Position numbers and translations under genes: made by a program
The notes under the pieces: generated by a model
What the model saw: the letters and a program-made list of their open reading frames with translations, nothing else
The model's database searches: none
What the model was told of the DNA's origin: nothing
Origin: an uncultured Burkholderiales bacterium
Lineage (GTDB): Bacteria; Pseudomonadota; Gammaproteobacteria; Burkholderiales; Burkholderiaceae_D
Direction of reading: 5' to 3'
Length of the DNA: 49,055 bases
Assembly: GCA_937872165.1 (NCBI GenBank)
Contig: CALMOR010000062.1
Location: forward strand, 1 to 49,055
In this document: one piece after another, positions 1-9,148 of the stretch
Layout: each line of letters opens with the position of its first letter
Numbering within the stretch: the stretch's first letter is position 1

Positions 1-146
1 ACTCGTCGAGCCCGATCACGATCGGCTCGATCAACTACTATACTGGTGTCGTCACGATGTAGGTCAATACGACACACGTCGTCGGCAGCTACGGCTCTGG
101 CCCGTACACCGTGTCGCTCGCCACCAGCTAACAGGGAGTAAAGGTC

Positions 147-1757
147 ATGTCTGAAGGTTACGCGGCCATCTCGTACGGCGCGCCGTATGTGGCGCGCACG
201 GTTACGTCAACGCTCCAATTCGGCACCGTCGCGGCCAGCTTCTCCAACGCGGCGAACACGCCTGCGCCCGGTCAGCACCAGATCATTCTGGCCGCCCTGA
301 AGTACAAGAACATCGTACCCAACTCGGTGCTGTTCAGCTGGAACGGCAAGTCGTTCTACGATCGCAACGGCGTCATGTATCACACGTTCGACCCGGCTTC
401 GGGCAGCGGCATCATCGCCGGCTCGATCAACTATCAGTCGCACATCGTGTCGCTGACGGACTGGGGCGGCCCCGCAGTACCCACGGCGCTTCCGGTGGTC
501 CAGTCGATGCTGCTGGAGGACGCTATGCGCAGCGTCGCGTTCGTGCGCTTCCGCACGCCGGGTGCGCCGCTGCGGCCGGGCTCGATGATCGTGCGCGCGA
601 CGGCGCTCGACGGTTCGTTGCTGACCGCGACCTCCGACACCGCTGGCAAGCTGACCGGTCCGCACGTCAGTGGTCGCGTCGACTACCAGAACGGCATCGT
701 GGAAGTCAATTTCGGCGATGAGCTGCTGGACAGCGGGCCAGGACCGTTCCCGTGGCGATCGGACCCCTGGTACTCGACGGATGCGCGCTATCAGAAGTTG
801 CCGGCGCTCGACTACTACGTGTTCAGGCCCAAGCCCGTCGATCCGTCGACCGTCCTGTTCAACACCGTCGTGTTCGCCGCCATTCCGCTCGACGCGGACC
901 TCATCGGCATCGATCCGGTGCGGCTCCCCTCCGACGGCCGCGTACCGATCTTCAAGACCGGTTACGTGATCGTGATCCACGACACGGAGTACACGACGGC
1001 GCCGACGGGCCTGATCAGCGGACAGGTCATCAACCTGCCGCGCGGCCATCTCACCTACGCCTACGTGCGCGATCAGGCAGGTACGCTCGTGCCGACGGAT
1101 CGCTACACGATCGACCTCGACGCAGGGACGATCACGATGGGCAACCCGATCAACCTGGCTGGTTTCACCCAGCCGCTGGTCATCGAGGATCGCATCGAGG
1201 ACATGCTGCTGTGTACCGACGTGGACATCAGCGGCACGCTCAAGGTTGCGCGCGCTCTGACCCACACCTACAGCGCAGCAACGGCGCTGGTCAGTTCGGC
1301 GCTCCTGTTCGGCGACCTCCAGGGACGTTACACCAACTTGTTCGACCAAACGACCTGGGCGAACGTCTGGAGCAATACGCTCATCGGCACGGCGGCCTCG
1401 GCGTCCTACAACGATGTGGACTTCCCCATCGAGGTCACGAACGAGGGCGCTATCACGCAGCGCTGGGCGCTGGTGTTCACGAACCCGACCAACTTCAACG
1501 TCATCGGGGAGGACATCGGGCTCATCGCGACGGGCTCGACCGCGCTCACCCTCTCCCCCGATAATCCGCACTCGGTCAATCCGTACTTCACGCTTCACAA
1601 GGAGGGCTGGGGGTCTGGCTGGGCGGCGGGCAACGTGCTGCGCTTCAACACGATCGGCGCCCTCGCGCCCATCTGGTTCGCACGCACGACGAAGCCCGGA
1701 CCCGAGGTCACACCCACCGACCACTTCCGCATCCAGGTCCGCGGCGACGCGGAGTAA
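147..1757 (+). CDS. Tail/baseplate structural protein, probably the C-terminal part of a larger gene truncated by the window edge
   Basis: 536-aa ORF with repeated G-x-[IV]-[ND]-Y beta motifs and a C-terminal GWGSGWAAGNVLRFNT seen in proteobacterial siphophage tail proteins. The same frame continues upstream with a similar motif but contains two stops. Confidence 0.7.
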   Translation: MSEGYAAISYGAPYVARTVTSTLQFGTVAASFSNAANTPAPGQHQIILAALKYKNIVPNSVLFSWNGKSFYDRNGVMYHTFDPASGSGIIAGSINYQSHIVSLTDWGGPAVPTALPVVQSMLLEDAMRSVAFVRFRTPGAPLRPGSMIVRATALDGSLLTATSDTAGKLTGPHVSGRVDYQNGIVEVNFGDELLDSGPGPFPWRSDPWYSTDARYQKLPALDYYVFRPKPVDPSTVLFNTVVFAAIPLDADLIGIDPVRLPSDGRVPIFKTGYVIVIHDTEYTTAPTGLISGQVINLPRGHLTYAYVRDQAGTLVPTDRYTIDLDAGTITMGNPINLAGFTQPLVIEDRIEDMLLCTDVDISGTLKVARALTHTYSAATALVSSALLFGDLQGRYTNLFDQTTWANVWSNTLIGTAASASYNDVDFPIEVTNEGAITQRWALVFTNPTNFNVIGEDIGLIATGSTALTLSPDNPHSVNPYFTLHKEGWGSGWAAGNVLRFNTIGALAPIWFARTTKPGPEVTPTDHFRIQVRGDAE

Positions 1758-1760
1758 CTC

Positions 1761-3053
1761 ATGATCACCGACAACAAGGTCCGTATCTTCACCAGCGCCA
1801 TGTTCGGCGCGCCGAACGTCAACACGTCGGCCGCCGGCAGCATGATCGCGCTGCTCGATGCCTGTCTAGTCAACGGGTTCGGTCTGCGCACGCTCGCGGC
1901 CAACGCAATGACCCGCTCTGGCACCACCGTGACGGTGGCGCAGGCAGGACACGGCTACCCGGACCACAGCGTGGTTCAGATCGCAGGCGCCGATCAGCTC
2001 GACTACAACGGGTCGTGGCGCGTCCTCGTCGACGACGTGGATCACTACAGCTATCAGCTGCCCGTTGCTGGATCGTCGGCGACGACTGCGACCGGGACGA
2101 TCACGTCCAAGACGCCGAGCGCTGGCTGGGCCAAGCCCTTCTCGGGAACGAACCTGGCAGCGTACCGCCCGGCTGACGGGCCGCGTCACTACCTTCGCGT
2201 GGACGATACGGCGTGGTCATCGGTGAAGTGCCGCGTGCGCGCGTATCGCTCGATGACCGACGTCAACAGCGGACTGGGCGTCTATCCGCGGCTCGACCAG
2301 GCGCCGCTCAACGCCTTCAACTGGATGCGTCACGCCGGCGGCGGTGTTGGCTGGACGATCGTCGCCGATGACAAGGCGATGCATATCCAGGTTGATACCG
2401 CTAACGGCCAGTCGGGCTGCCCCATGTACTACTTCGGCTGGTTCAAGGACCTGTACGGGTTCGACACCGATGCGAACAGCATGATTACGGCGGGCACTTT
2501 CAACACGGTGTACAGCACGAGCGGGGACGGCACAGGTAACTATGAAGCAGCGCGCAAGATGTGGTCCGGGGAGTACGTCACCAACAGCGACGTAAACGCC
2601 ACGACGGAGCAGTGTCACGGCTACCTGGCCAAGTCGTTCGACGGCATAGCCGAGTCCGTCGCGTTCTTCATGATGGGCTATGGACTCAAGGGCGCCAACC
2701 AGAATCCGCCGTACCAGTTCAACAACCAGATACCTCATGTGTATGCCGCGGTGGTGTACATGGGCAACACGTCAGGGACGGGCTCGGCGCAGTCGCTCAA
2801 GGGGTTCACGTTCCAGGCGCCGTTCGTATGCGAGCCGTCCTATCAGAACGGTCAGAACCAGCTCCGCGGCGTGCTGCCCTTCCTTCAGTGCTTGACGCTG
2901 TACCCGGCGACGACGATGGCAGGCAAGACCATGCGCGCGCTCGATCGCTTCGGCGCTGCGTACTCGGGCCTGTTCGGCTATGACGGCTGGTCGGGATCGT
3001 CGTACCCCAAAGGGTTTGTCGTCCCCCTCGCCAACTGGGAGAATGTTCTGTGA
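1761..3053 (+). CDS. Tail fibre/receptor-binding-type virion protein
   Basis: N-terminus (GSMIALLDACLVNGFG, GWAKPFSGTNLAAYR) is typical of phage tail fibre anchors; the C-terminal half is divergent; located in the tail operon. Confidence 0.65.
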   Translation: MITDNKVRIFTSAMFGAPNVNTSAAGSMIALLDACLVNGFGLRTLAANAMTRSGTTVTVAQAGHGYPDHSVVQIAGADQLDYNGSWRVLVDDVDHYSYQLPVAGSSATTATGTITSKTPSAGWAKPFSGTNLAAYRPADGPRHYLRVDDTAWSSVKCRVRAYRSMTDVNSGLGVYPRLDQAPLNAFNWMRHAGGGVGWTIVADDKAMHIQVDTANGQSGCPMYYFGWFKDLYGFDTDANSMITAGTFNTVYSTSGDGTGNYEAARKMWSGEYVTNSDVNATTEQCHGYLAKSFDGIAESVAFFMMGYGLKGANQNPPYQFNNQIPHVYAAVVYMGNTSGTGSAQSLKGFTFQAPFVCEPSYQNGQNQLRGVLPFLQCLTLYPATTMAGKTMRALDRFGAAYSGLFGYDGWSGSSYPKGFVVPLANWENVL

Positions 3054-4075
3054 CGATCCGGCGCGATCTGTACGCGAAGCTGATCAAGCTGCGGCTTCAG
3101 GCCGACGGCGCGGCCGGGGCGCTTGTCGACCATGTGCGGACGCCGAACGTCATCACGCCCAATGACTTCGCCACCGACTCGGCGCATCAGCTGTACGGCG
3201 TCAACGCGTTCACCGGAAAGCCTGGGCTACCCCCAATCGTGTTCGGACCGATCTTCACCCTGGAAGGCTACGTCAGATTTAACCCGACGACGGCTGATCA
3301 GACTTTGATCAGCGCGCTCAACCCAACATCCGGGCGCAGCACCGAGTGGGCGTTGACGCTGCGCGGCTCGAACAATCTGCAGTTCGATGTGTATCAGGGG
3401 GTGCGGGGATCGAGCGAGGTCCACGGCCAACCGACGTTTGCGGCTGCCCTACCGACCGGCTCGCTGGTTCACTTCTTCCTGTGCTCGACGTACCCAGGCA
3501 CGTACTGGATGGGCGTCAACGGCGTCTTGTCCACCGGCAAGACAGCAGTCAGCAACATCAGCTCGACATTGGGCAACGCGCTGAACCCGACGCTGCTGGG
3601 CGGTCTCAACACCGGCGTCGTCGCAAGCGGACAGCCGTGGCTCGGTCAGATTCATTCGATGATGCTGACGGACGGCGCAGTTCGTTATCCGTTCAACGCG
3701 TCAGGCACCTACAAGCAGCCTGACGACCTGCTGACCAACTACTATCAGGACCTCGGTCCAGGCTACGATCCGGTCGACGGGTCTGCGGACTTCCAGGTGG
3801 TCAGGAGTGCGCCCGTCATCGGCGGGGCCAAGTACCAGAACGGCGATCGCAAGATCGCGGGCCACGTAACGTACAGCGGCGTGGTCAGCGCTCGGCGCGT
3901 TGTGCTGTTCCATCGCGCAACGCAGTTGGCGGTAGCGTGGACGACCAGCCGCGCGTCGGACGGCTACTTTGAGTTCCTCAACCTGGACCCCAAGCACCAG
4001 TACTTCGTGGCCGGCTTCGACGACAACCCGTCGTTGCTGAACGCTGAAATCGCTGATCACCTGGTTCCGGCATGA
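3050..4075 (+). CDS. Tail protein with a LamG/concanavalin-like domain and a C-terminal Ig-like module
   Basis: FTLEGYVR...LVHFFL...WLGQIHSMMLTDGAVRY fits a LamG-like pattern; C-terminal RRVVLFHR...DGYFEF...YFV...AEIADHLVP module; GTGA overlap with the upstream gene. Confidence 0.6.
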   Translation: MTIRRDLYAKLIKLRLQADGAAGALVDHVRTPNVITPNDFATDSAHQLYGVNAFTGKPGLPPIVFGPIFTLEGYVRFNPTTADQTLISALNPTSGRSTEWALTLRGSNNLQFDVYQGVRGSSEVHGQPTFAAALPTGSLVHFFLCSTYPGTYWMGVNGVLSTGKTAVSNISSTLGNALNPTLLGGLNTGVVASGQPWLGQIHSMMLTDGAVRYPFNASGTYKQPDDLLTNYYQDLGPGYDPVDGSADFQVVRSAPVIGGAKYQNGDRKIAGHVTYSGVVSARRVVLFHRATQLAVAWTTSRASDGYFEFLNLDPKHQYFVAGFDDNPSLLNAEIADHLVPA

Positions 4076-5994
4076 CCATCACGATTCCGCTCCACCGTCC
4101 GCTTCAGGCTGCGACGGCAGTCGTCCTTGCCCTCGGCACGTCGGGCGGGGCGGGAGCGGACTACGCTGCGGCCGTTCCGCTCGTTGCCGCGGCGCCAGCG
4201 CTACGCATCACGACGGACATCGGATACGCGCCCTACAAGGCGGCGCTTCGCCTGAAGGGACCCAAGGCACTGCTCGGCGTCGTCGCGGGTCCACCGCGCA
4301 ACTCGATCCGCTGGACCTCAGGCGGTGCGTGGCGCGACGTCAAGCCCTGCTTCGGCGCTGGCTGGACCTTTCCCTGGACGCCGGCTCCGACGTACGATGC
4401 GCAGCTGTTCGTGCCGTGGAACAACCACGACTCGCTCGACCTGTCGCTGATCGCCGAGTGGGGTCCGCTGAAAGTGACAGATCGCTACATCGACGTGCTG
4501 CGTGGATCGTTCGAGCCAACCGACATCAAGTGCTCAATGCCGTGGCCGAAGCTGAACGCTGAAGACGTTCAGTCGTGGTCGCCGTGGCAGCCCCGCTTCG
4601 CTCAGCGCCTCGACCCAGCGCTGCGTGCGTTCTACCACTACCCGCCGTGGAAGGATCGCAGCTGGGAGTGCGACTGGCGAATGCTGGCCAGCTACGGGCT
4701 CGACCGCAGCAGCCGCGCCCCGTACAATTACCCGCCGCAGAAGGATCGTCGCTTCATGGAGTTCCCGTGGGGACCCGGCGGCCCGCCCGACTACTCGGTC
4801 CACTACGATCTGCCCCCTGTCATCGAGGCGGCGCCCAAGACGCCCTACCCGTCATATGTCTGCTTCAACCTCAGTCACTCGACTCAGCCGTCAACCGACG
4901 TGCAGCTGCGGCTGCGTCGCCCGCTGCGGACGTTCTGCGACACCGGGAGCTTCATCGTGAACAACAGCATCAACATCATCACGCTCATCGACGGGGTCAA
5001 CCTGGAATGCTCCGGCGTCTCCCTCAAGCTGGACATCAGTTCGTTTGCCTGGGACATCTCTCTCACGCTCGCGACGCACGCCGAGTTCCTGCGCGTGAAG
5101 CCCTCAGCGCTGGAGGACGGCGCGCGCGAGGTCCAGATCACGATCAACGGTTACGTGTGGCGTGGATTCATCGACACGGTGTCGGTCTCGCGGCAGTTCG
5201 GCAATCCCAGCTACACAGCGCAAGGCAAGTCGTTCAGCGCATACGGCGCGGCGCCCTTCGCCCCGCTCACGTCGCTCGTCTCGACGGCGGACGAACTGGC
5301 GCAGCAGCTGGTCAACGACGCCTTCATCTACAGCGGATTCACCATCACCTGGGACACGGTGGACTGGATCGTGCCCGCGAGCATGCTGGCGTATGAGAAC
5401 AAGGACCCGATGGGCGTCGCGGCGCAGGTGTGCGAGGCGATCGGCGCGTTCATCCTGCCGGGTCGCTACGACAAGTCGTTCATCGTACGCAGTCGCTATC
5501 CCGAGACGATCTGGCACTGGAACGATCCGGCCACGCCCGTCGCAGCGCACATCGCGCTCAACCAGATGATCAACGCGTCGTCGCGGTTCCAAGCCGGCGT
5601 CGACTACACCAAGGTGTACGTCGGCGGCACCGCGGTAGGCAACACGGTGGGCTGTACGCGCGACGGCACGGCCGGCGACTCGCAGTCCCCCGCGATCACC
5701 AACCCGCTGCTGGCCACGGACGAGGCAGCGACGGAGCGCGGGCGGATCGAGCTCAGTCGGGCAGGTTCGCGCATCCTCAACACCTACGTCACGCCTCTCG
5801 TGAGCACGCTGCTGTCCGGTACTCGGCTCCAGGAGGTCGGCACGCTCGTCGCGGTCGACGAGGACGAGCTGGACGACATGGCCTACAAGGGGCTCATCAC
5901 GTCGGTCGCGATCGACGGCGTGCGTACCGGCGCAGGCGAACTGACGGTGTACCAGACGCTGGAAATCGAGCGCTACGTACAGCCGACCATCTGA
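4072..5994 (+). CDS. Tail tip/baseplate hub-like protein
   Basis: 640 aa with a Trp/Pro-rich N-half and a hub-like C-half (ITINGYVWRGFID, RDGTAGD, ERGRIEL); ATGA-coupled in the tail operon. Confidence 0.6.
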   Translation: MTITIPLHRPLQAATAVVLALGTSGGAGADYAAAVPLVAAAPALRITTDIGYAPYKAALRLKGPKALLGVVAGPPRNSIRWTSGGAWRDVKPCFGAGWTFPWTPAPTYDAQLFVPWNNHDSLDLSLIAEWGPLKVTDRYIDVLRGSFEPTDIKCSMPWPKLNAEDVQSWSPWQPRFAQRLDPALRAFYHYPPWKDRSWECDWRMLASYGLDRSSRAPYNYPPQKDRRFMEFPWGPGGPPDYSVHYDLPPVIEAAPKTPYPSYVCFNLSHSTQPSTDVQLRLRRPLRTFCDTGSFIVNNSINIITLIDGVNLECSGVSLKLDISSFAWDISLTLATHAEFLRVKPSALEDGAREVQITINGYVWRGFIDTVSVSRQFGNPSYTAQGKSFSAYGAAPFAPLTSLVSTADELAQQLVNDAFIYSGFTITWDTVDWIVPASMLAYENKDPMGVAAQVCEAIGAFILPGRYDKSFIVRSRYPETIWHWNDPATPVAAHIALNQMINASSRFQAGVDYTKVYVGGTAVGNTVGCTRDGTAGDSQSPAITNPLLATDEAATERGRIELSRAGSRILNTYVTPLVSTLLSGTRLQEVGTLVAVDEDELDDMAYKGLITSVAIDGVRTGAGELTVYQTLEIERYVQPTI

Positions 5995-6002
5995 GGACCT
6001 CC

Positions 6003-6236
6003 ATGGCAAACCCCTGGTCAGTATTCGACAACCTCCTCCCCAAGCAGCCCCTCGGAATCGGGACGGCGTTCACCGTGTACGCCGACGACACCGTGGGGTT
6101 GACCGTCGCCAACGGTACGGTCCGCGTCGCGCGCGGCGGCGTTGACGTCTCAACCGGGGCGCAGTACTTCTATCGCAACGGCCGCATCGAGGGGCAAGCC
6201 CCTACCAACCCGGTCATCGAAGTGACCATCTACTGA
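6003..6236 (+). CDS. Small tail-tip protein
   Basis: ATG 6003 with GAGGA RBS (the ORF track start at 5430 is too long); MANPWSVFDNLLP... is a short beta-rich protein that typically follows the hub gene. Confidence 0.6.
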   Translation: MANPWSVFDNLLPKQPLGIGTAFTVYADDTVGLTVANGTVRVARGGVDVSTGAQYFYRNGRIEGQAPTNPVIEVTIY

Positions 6237-6238
6237 AC

Positions 6239-6763
6239 ATGGACATGCTTGCCATTATCCCAGCTGAAGAGGTGTACGAATATCGCGGCATGCGCGATCA
6301 CGTCAAGCACGTCACGCGCGAGCTGCTGAGGTTTCAGGACCCCCGGCCGATCCGTATGATCCTGGCCCTGGCGTCGCTCCTCTGGTCGATGGCAGCGTGG
6401 CGGCACCCCGAGGCGTTCGATCTTCCTGCGTACTCGTTCCTGCGCTCGTTCAATCGCGAGTACCTGACCTCGAACATGTGCGCGTGGGCGTTCTTCCTTC
6501 ACGCGGTCCTCGTGGTGTGGCAGACGTATGATCCGACGTACCGCCAGAAGTGGGCGCTGGGCATCAATGCGTACGGGCTGGGTATCTGGACGTTCGTGAC
6601 CGTGTGCGTCAACATCTCCATCGGGTTTCTATCCTCAGGCACAGGAGCTGAATGGGCGCTCGTTGCAGCGGCCGGCTACGCGCTTTACACCAACGACATC
6701 ATTCGTCGCCTACCGAACGTCTCGACTGTGACGCTCATCCCCGCAGTGGTTCTGAACGACTAA
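6239..6763 (+). CDS. Multi-pass membrane protein of the lysis region
   Basis: About four hydrophobic segments; first gene before the holin-like genes and endolysin. Confidence 0.55.
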   Translation: MDMLAIIPAEEVYEYRGMRDHVKHVTRELLRFQDPRPIRMILALASLLWSMAAWRHPEAFDLPAYSFLRSFNREYLTSNMCAWAFFLHAVLVVWQTYDPTYRQKWALGINAYGLGIWTFVTVCVNISIGFLSSGTGAEWALVAAAGYALYTNDIIRRLPNVSTVTLIPAVVLND

Positions 6764-6767
6764 ACAC

Positions 6768-7139
6768 ATGCAGCCGAACGAGTACCCAGCATGGCTTCAA
6801 GGCGGTGTGGTGACAGGAATCCTGGGAGCAATCTGGGGGCTTCTGAAGCTGCGCCGCAAGGTGAGCATCGACAACACCGGGATCGCGCAGGACAAGGCGG
6901 CGCAGGCGCACGCCCGGCAGATCACTTCCATGGACGAGACTCTCATCAAGGAGCGGAACGACGCAGTCAAGGAGAAGGATGAGGCGTGGGAGGCGTACAA
7001 CGACCTGGTGGCGTCAGAAGCCGGGCTGCGGGCCTCCAATGAGTTCCTGACCCGGGAAAACGTCCGGCTAACTAACCGGGTCAACAGGCTGGAAAAGAAG
7101 CTGGGCATCTCAAGTGAAACCGACATAGGAGCTACATGA
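6768..7139 (+). CDS. Membrane-anchored coiled-coil protein (holin/antiholin-like)
   Basis: N-terminal TM (GGVVTGILGAIWGLL), then a basic stretch and a heptad coiled coil. Confidence 0.55.
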   Translation: MQPNEYPAWLQGGVVTGILGAIWGLLKLRRKVSIDNTGIAQDKAAQAHARQITSMDETLIKERNDAVKEKDEAWEAYNDLVASEAGLRASNEFLTRENVRLTNRVNRLEKKLGISSETDIGAT

Positions 7140-7495
7140 TGGACAAGATGGGTACGAATCGCACCTGGGAAGAACGAATCAAGTTCTACATCCAGGACAG
7201 CAAGAAGGTGCTGCCCCTCATCATTCTGGGGTTCGTCTTCATCATCGGCGGGCTTCCGCTCGCGCAGCACACCGGGCTCGACTTCCTCGCGCCGTGGGGT
7301 CTGTTCCTGGGCGGGACGTTCTGGGCGGCCGCGCTCAGTCACGTCCTGCGGCGCACGCTGTTCCCCTGGCTCAACCTCCAGGCGCTCACCGACAAGGCGA
7401 TGGAGGAGCCCATCGGCGCTGCGATCGTGTTCGTTGGCGTCTGTATCGTCCTGGCTGCGTTCATCGCCCTGACCGGCGCGATGCTGCGCACGTAG
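7136..7495 (+). CDS. Putative holin (3 TM segments)
   Basis: 119 aa with three hydrophobic helices, immediately upstream of the endolysin. Confidence 0.6.
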   Translation: MMDKMGTNRTWEERIKFYIQDSKKVLPLIILGFVFIIGGLPLAQHTGLDFLAPWGLFLGGTFWAAALSHVLRRTLFPWLNLQALTDKAMEEPIGAAIVFVGVCIVLAAFIALTGAMLRT

Positions 7496-7499
7496 AGCC

Positions 7500-8126
7500 A
7501 TGGACGCGCTGCCGCCGAACGCGTTGCTGTACCTACCCGTGCTCCGGGCCGAGGTCGCGCAATTCTGGCCAGGTCTGGCCACGCCCTCGGTGCTCGGCGC
7601 GCAGGTCGAGCAGGAGACGTGCGTGAGCCTGAAATCTCGAGGGTGCTGGAACCCTCATACCGAGCTCAAGACCGATCGTGAGTACGGATTTGGGCTAGGC
7701 CAGATCACGATCACGTCCCGGTTCAACGTCTTCAACGAGGTCAAGGCGCTCGACCCCAGCCTGCGCGCGTGGGCCTGGGCGGATCGCTACAACCCCCAGC
7801 TCCAGCTGCGAGCGCTCCTACTCAAGGACAAGCAGACCTATGACTACGTCACCGGCGCGCGGACCCCGATCGACCGTCTGGCCTTCACGTTCGCCGGCTA
7901 CAACGGCGGCATGGGGGGAGTCTCCTCCGATCGGCGCCTGTGCCAGGCAACTCCCGGGTGTGATTCTGGAGTCTGGTTCAACAACGTCGAACGGACCAGC
8001 CTCAAGGCGAAGTCCGTGGCCTCGGGGTACGGGCAGTCATTTTTCCAGATCAACCGCGGTTACGTCGTGAACATCCTCAGGACGCGCCGCGGGAAGTACG
8101 TCACCCCACCGGAGGTCTACCCATGA
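7500..8126 (+). CDS. Endolysin, lytic transglycosylase (SLT-like)
   Basis: AQVEQE catalytic Glu, GFGLGQIT and AGYNGG motifs of the SLT/lysozyme fold; no signal peptide. Confidence 0.85.
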   Translation: MDALPPNALLYLPVLRAEVAQFWPGLATPSVLGAQVEQETCVSLKSRGCWNPHTELKTDREYGFGLGQITITSRFNVFNEVKALDPSLRAWAWADRYNPQLQLRALLLKDKQTYDYVTGARTPIDRLAFTFAGYNGGMGGVSSDRRLCQATPGCDSGVWFNNVERTSLKAKSVASGYGQSFFQINRGYVVNILRTRRGKYVTPPEVYP

Positions 8127-8665
8127 TTCCTGTACCGTTGTCAGCCCTGCTTGCCGGGGTCCTCGTCGTCATCCTCGCGATCGGAGGGGCGTCGTGGAAG
8201 GCGTATGACGCAGGTGAGGCGCATCAGGCGTCGCTCGACGGTGCTGCGCTGCAGAAGCAGAAGGACGAGGCCGCCAGGACGCTACTGGCGGAAACCAACC
8301 GGGCGAACGCGGCCGAGCGCAAGATGGCCTCGAACGTCCATGATGCGGAGGTGAAGAGTGAACTTGATTCTCATGCGATTGACGATCTGGCTGGTAAGCT
8401 GCGCGTGGCTAGCGGCAGCAACAACCGGCTGCGCGACCCGAACGCCCGACCCGGGAGTTGTGGTAGTGGCCCCCAAGGAGCGTATCCCGTCGCCACCGGC
8501 AATCGTCAGCTCGACGGAACCGAAACCCCCGGGCTACTTTCAACAGAGCTTACTGGACTACTTCAGCGGGTCACCCGCGAAGCAGACGACATCAACAACG
8601 CCTACACCGCCTGCCGCGGCGAACGGCTCACGCTGACGACGCCGGCCGATGGAACGAACCGCTGA
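8123..8665 (+). CDS. Rz: Rz-like inner-membrane spanin
   Basis: N-terminal TM, periplasmic coiled coil and late Cys (EADDINNAYTAC); directly after the endolysin. Confidence 0.8.
   Translation: MIPVPLSALLAGVLVVILAIGGASWKAYDAGEAHQASLDGAALQKQKDEAARTLLAETNRANAAERKMASNVHDAEVKSELDSHAIDDLAGKLRVASGSNNRLRDPNARPGSCGSGPQGAYPVATGNRQLDGTETPGLLSTELTGLLQRVTREADDINNAYTACRGERLTLTTPADGTNR
8358..8636 (+). CDS. Rz1: Rz1-like outer-membrane spanin lipoprotein embedded in Rz
   Basis: +1 frame inside Rz; GGAGG RBS at 8347; signal peptide ending in lipobox-like TTGC; Pro-rich mature part. Confidence 0.8.
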   Translation: MNLILMRLTIWLVSCAWLAAATTGCATRTPDPGVVVVAPKERIPSPPAIVSSTEPKPPGYFQQSLLDYFSGSPAKQTTSTTPTPPAAANGSR

Positions 8666-8855
8666 TGTGATCGACGCTGCCACCGACCTCGCCGAAGCAG
8701 AGCGCGAGGCGGCGGCCCGCCGACGGAAGCCCGTGATGAAGGCCACAGGTCACTGTCGGTACTGCAACACGCCCACGCCCGGGGTATTCTGCGACCCCGA
8801 GTGCGAGCGCGACTACGCCCAGGAGCAATGGGCCAAGGCCCAACGACCGCGATGA
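8649..8855 (+). CDS. DksA/TraR-like C4 zinc-finger protein
   Basis: ADVIDAA N-terminal motif plus CRYC...FCDPEC. Confidence 0.65.
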   Translation: MERTADVIDAATDLAEAEREAAARRRKPVMKATGHCRYCNTPTPGVFCDPECERDYAQEQWAKAQRPR

Positions 8856-9148
8856 GCATCCCCCAATTCGAGCCCTCAGTGATCGATCTGCGGTATCGGG
8901 TATTCCTGAACGTCGAGTCGACCATCCCAGTGGCGACGTTCATCATTCAGGCGTACGCGGAGGAGTTCGCAGCTGCGAAGTTCACCCACGTCGACCTATG
9001 GGTGGTCCGCGACCTGAAGAACGATGGGCTCATCGTTGCGCGCAACGCGTCAGTGCCGCCGCAAAAGCCCGGGTTGCCTGCCCTGACCGACGTGATCAAG
9101 CCAGGCAACCCGGCGGCGCGCATGCACCGGCGTCGAACGACGGACTAA
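8852..9148 (+). CDS. Hypothetical protein
   Basis: ATGA overlap with the previous stop; last + strand gene before the convergent early block. Confidence 0.5.
   Translation: MSIPQFEPSVIDLRYRVFLNVESTIPVATFIIQAYAEEFAAAKFTHVDLWVVRDLKNDGLIVARNASVPPQKPGLPALTDVIKPGNPAARMHRRRTTD

Noticed and set aside
60-131. Stop-codon reassignment
   Set aside because: TAG and TAA end many genes properly elsewhere, and conserved genes are uninterrupted in the standard code.
207-1724. 505-aa - strand ORF
   Set aside because: Shadow of the tail gene; Arg-rich with no recognisable domain.
1761-4075. Diversity-generating retroelement acting on tail fibres
   Set aside because: No reverse transcriptase and no template/variable repeat pair seen.
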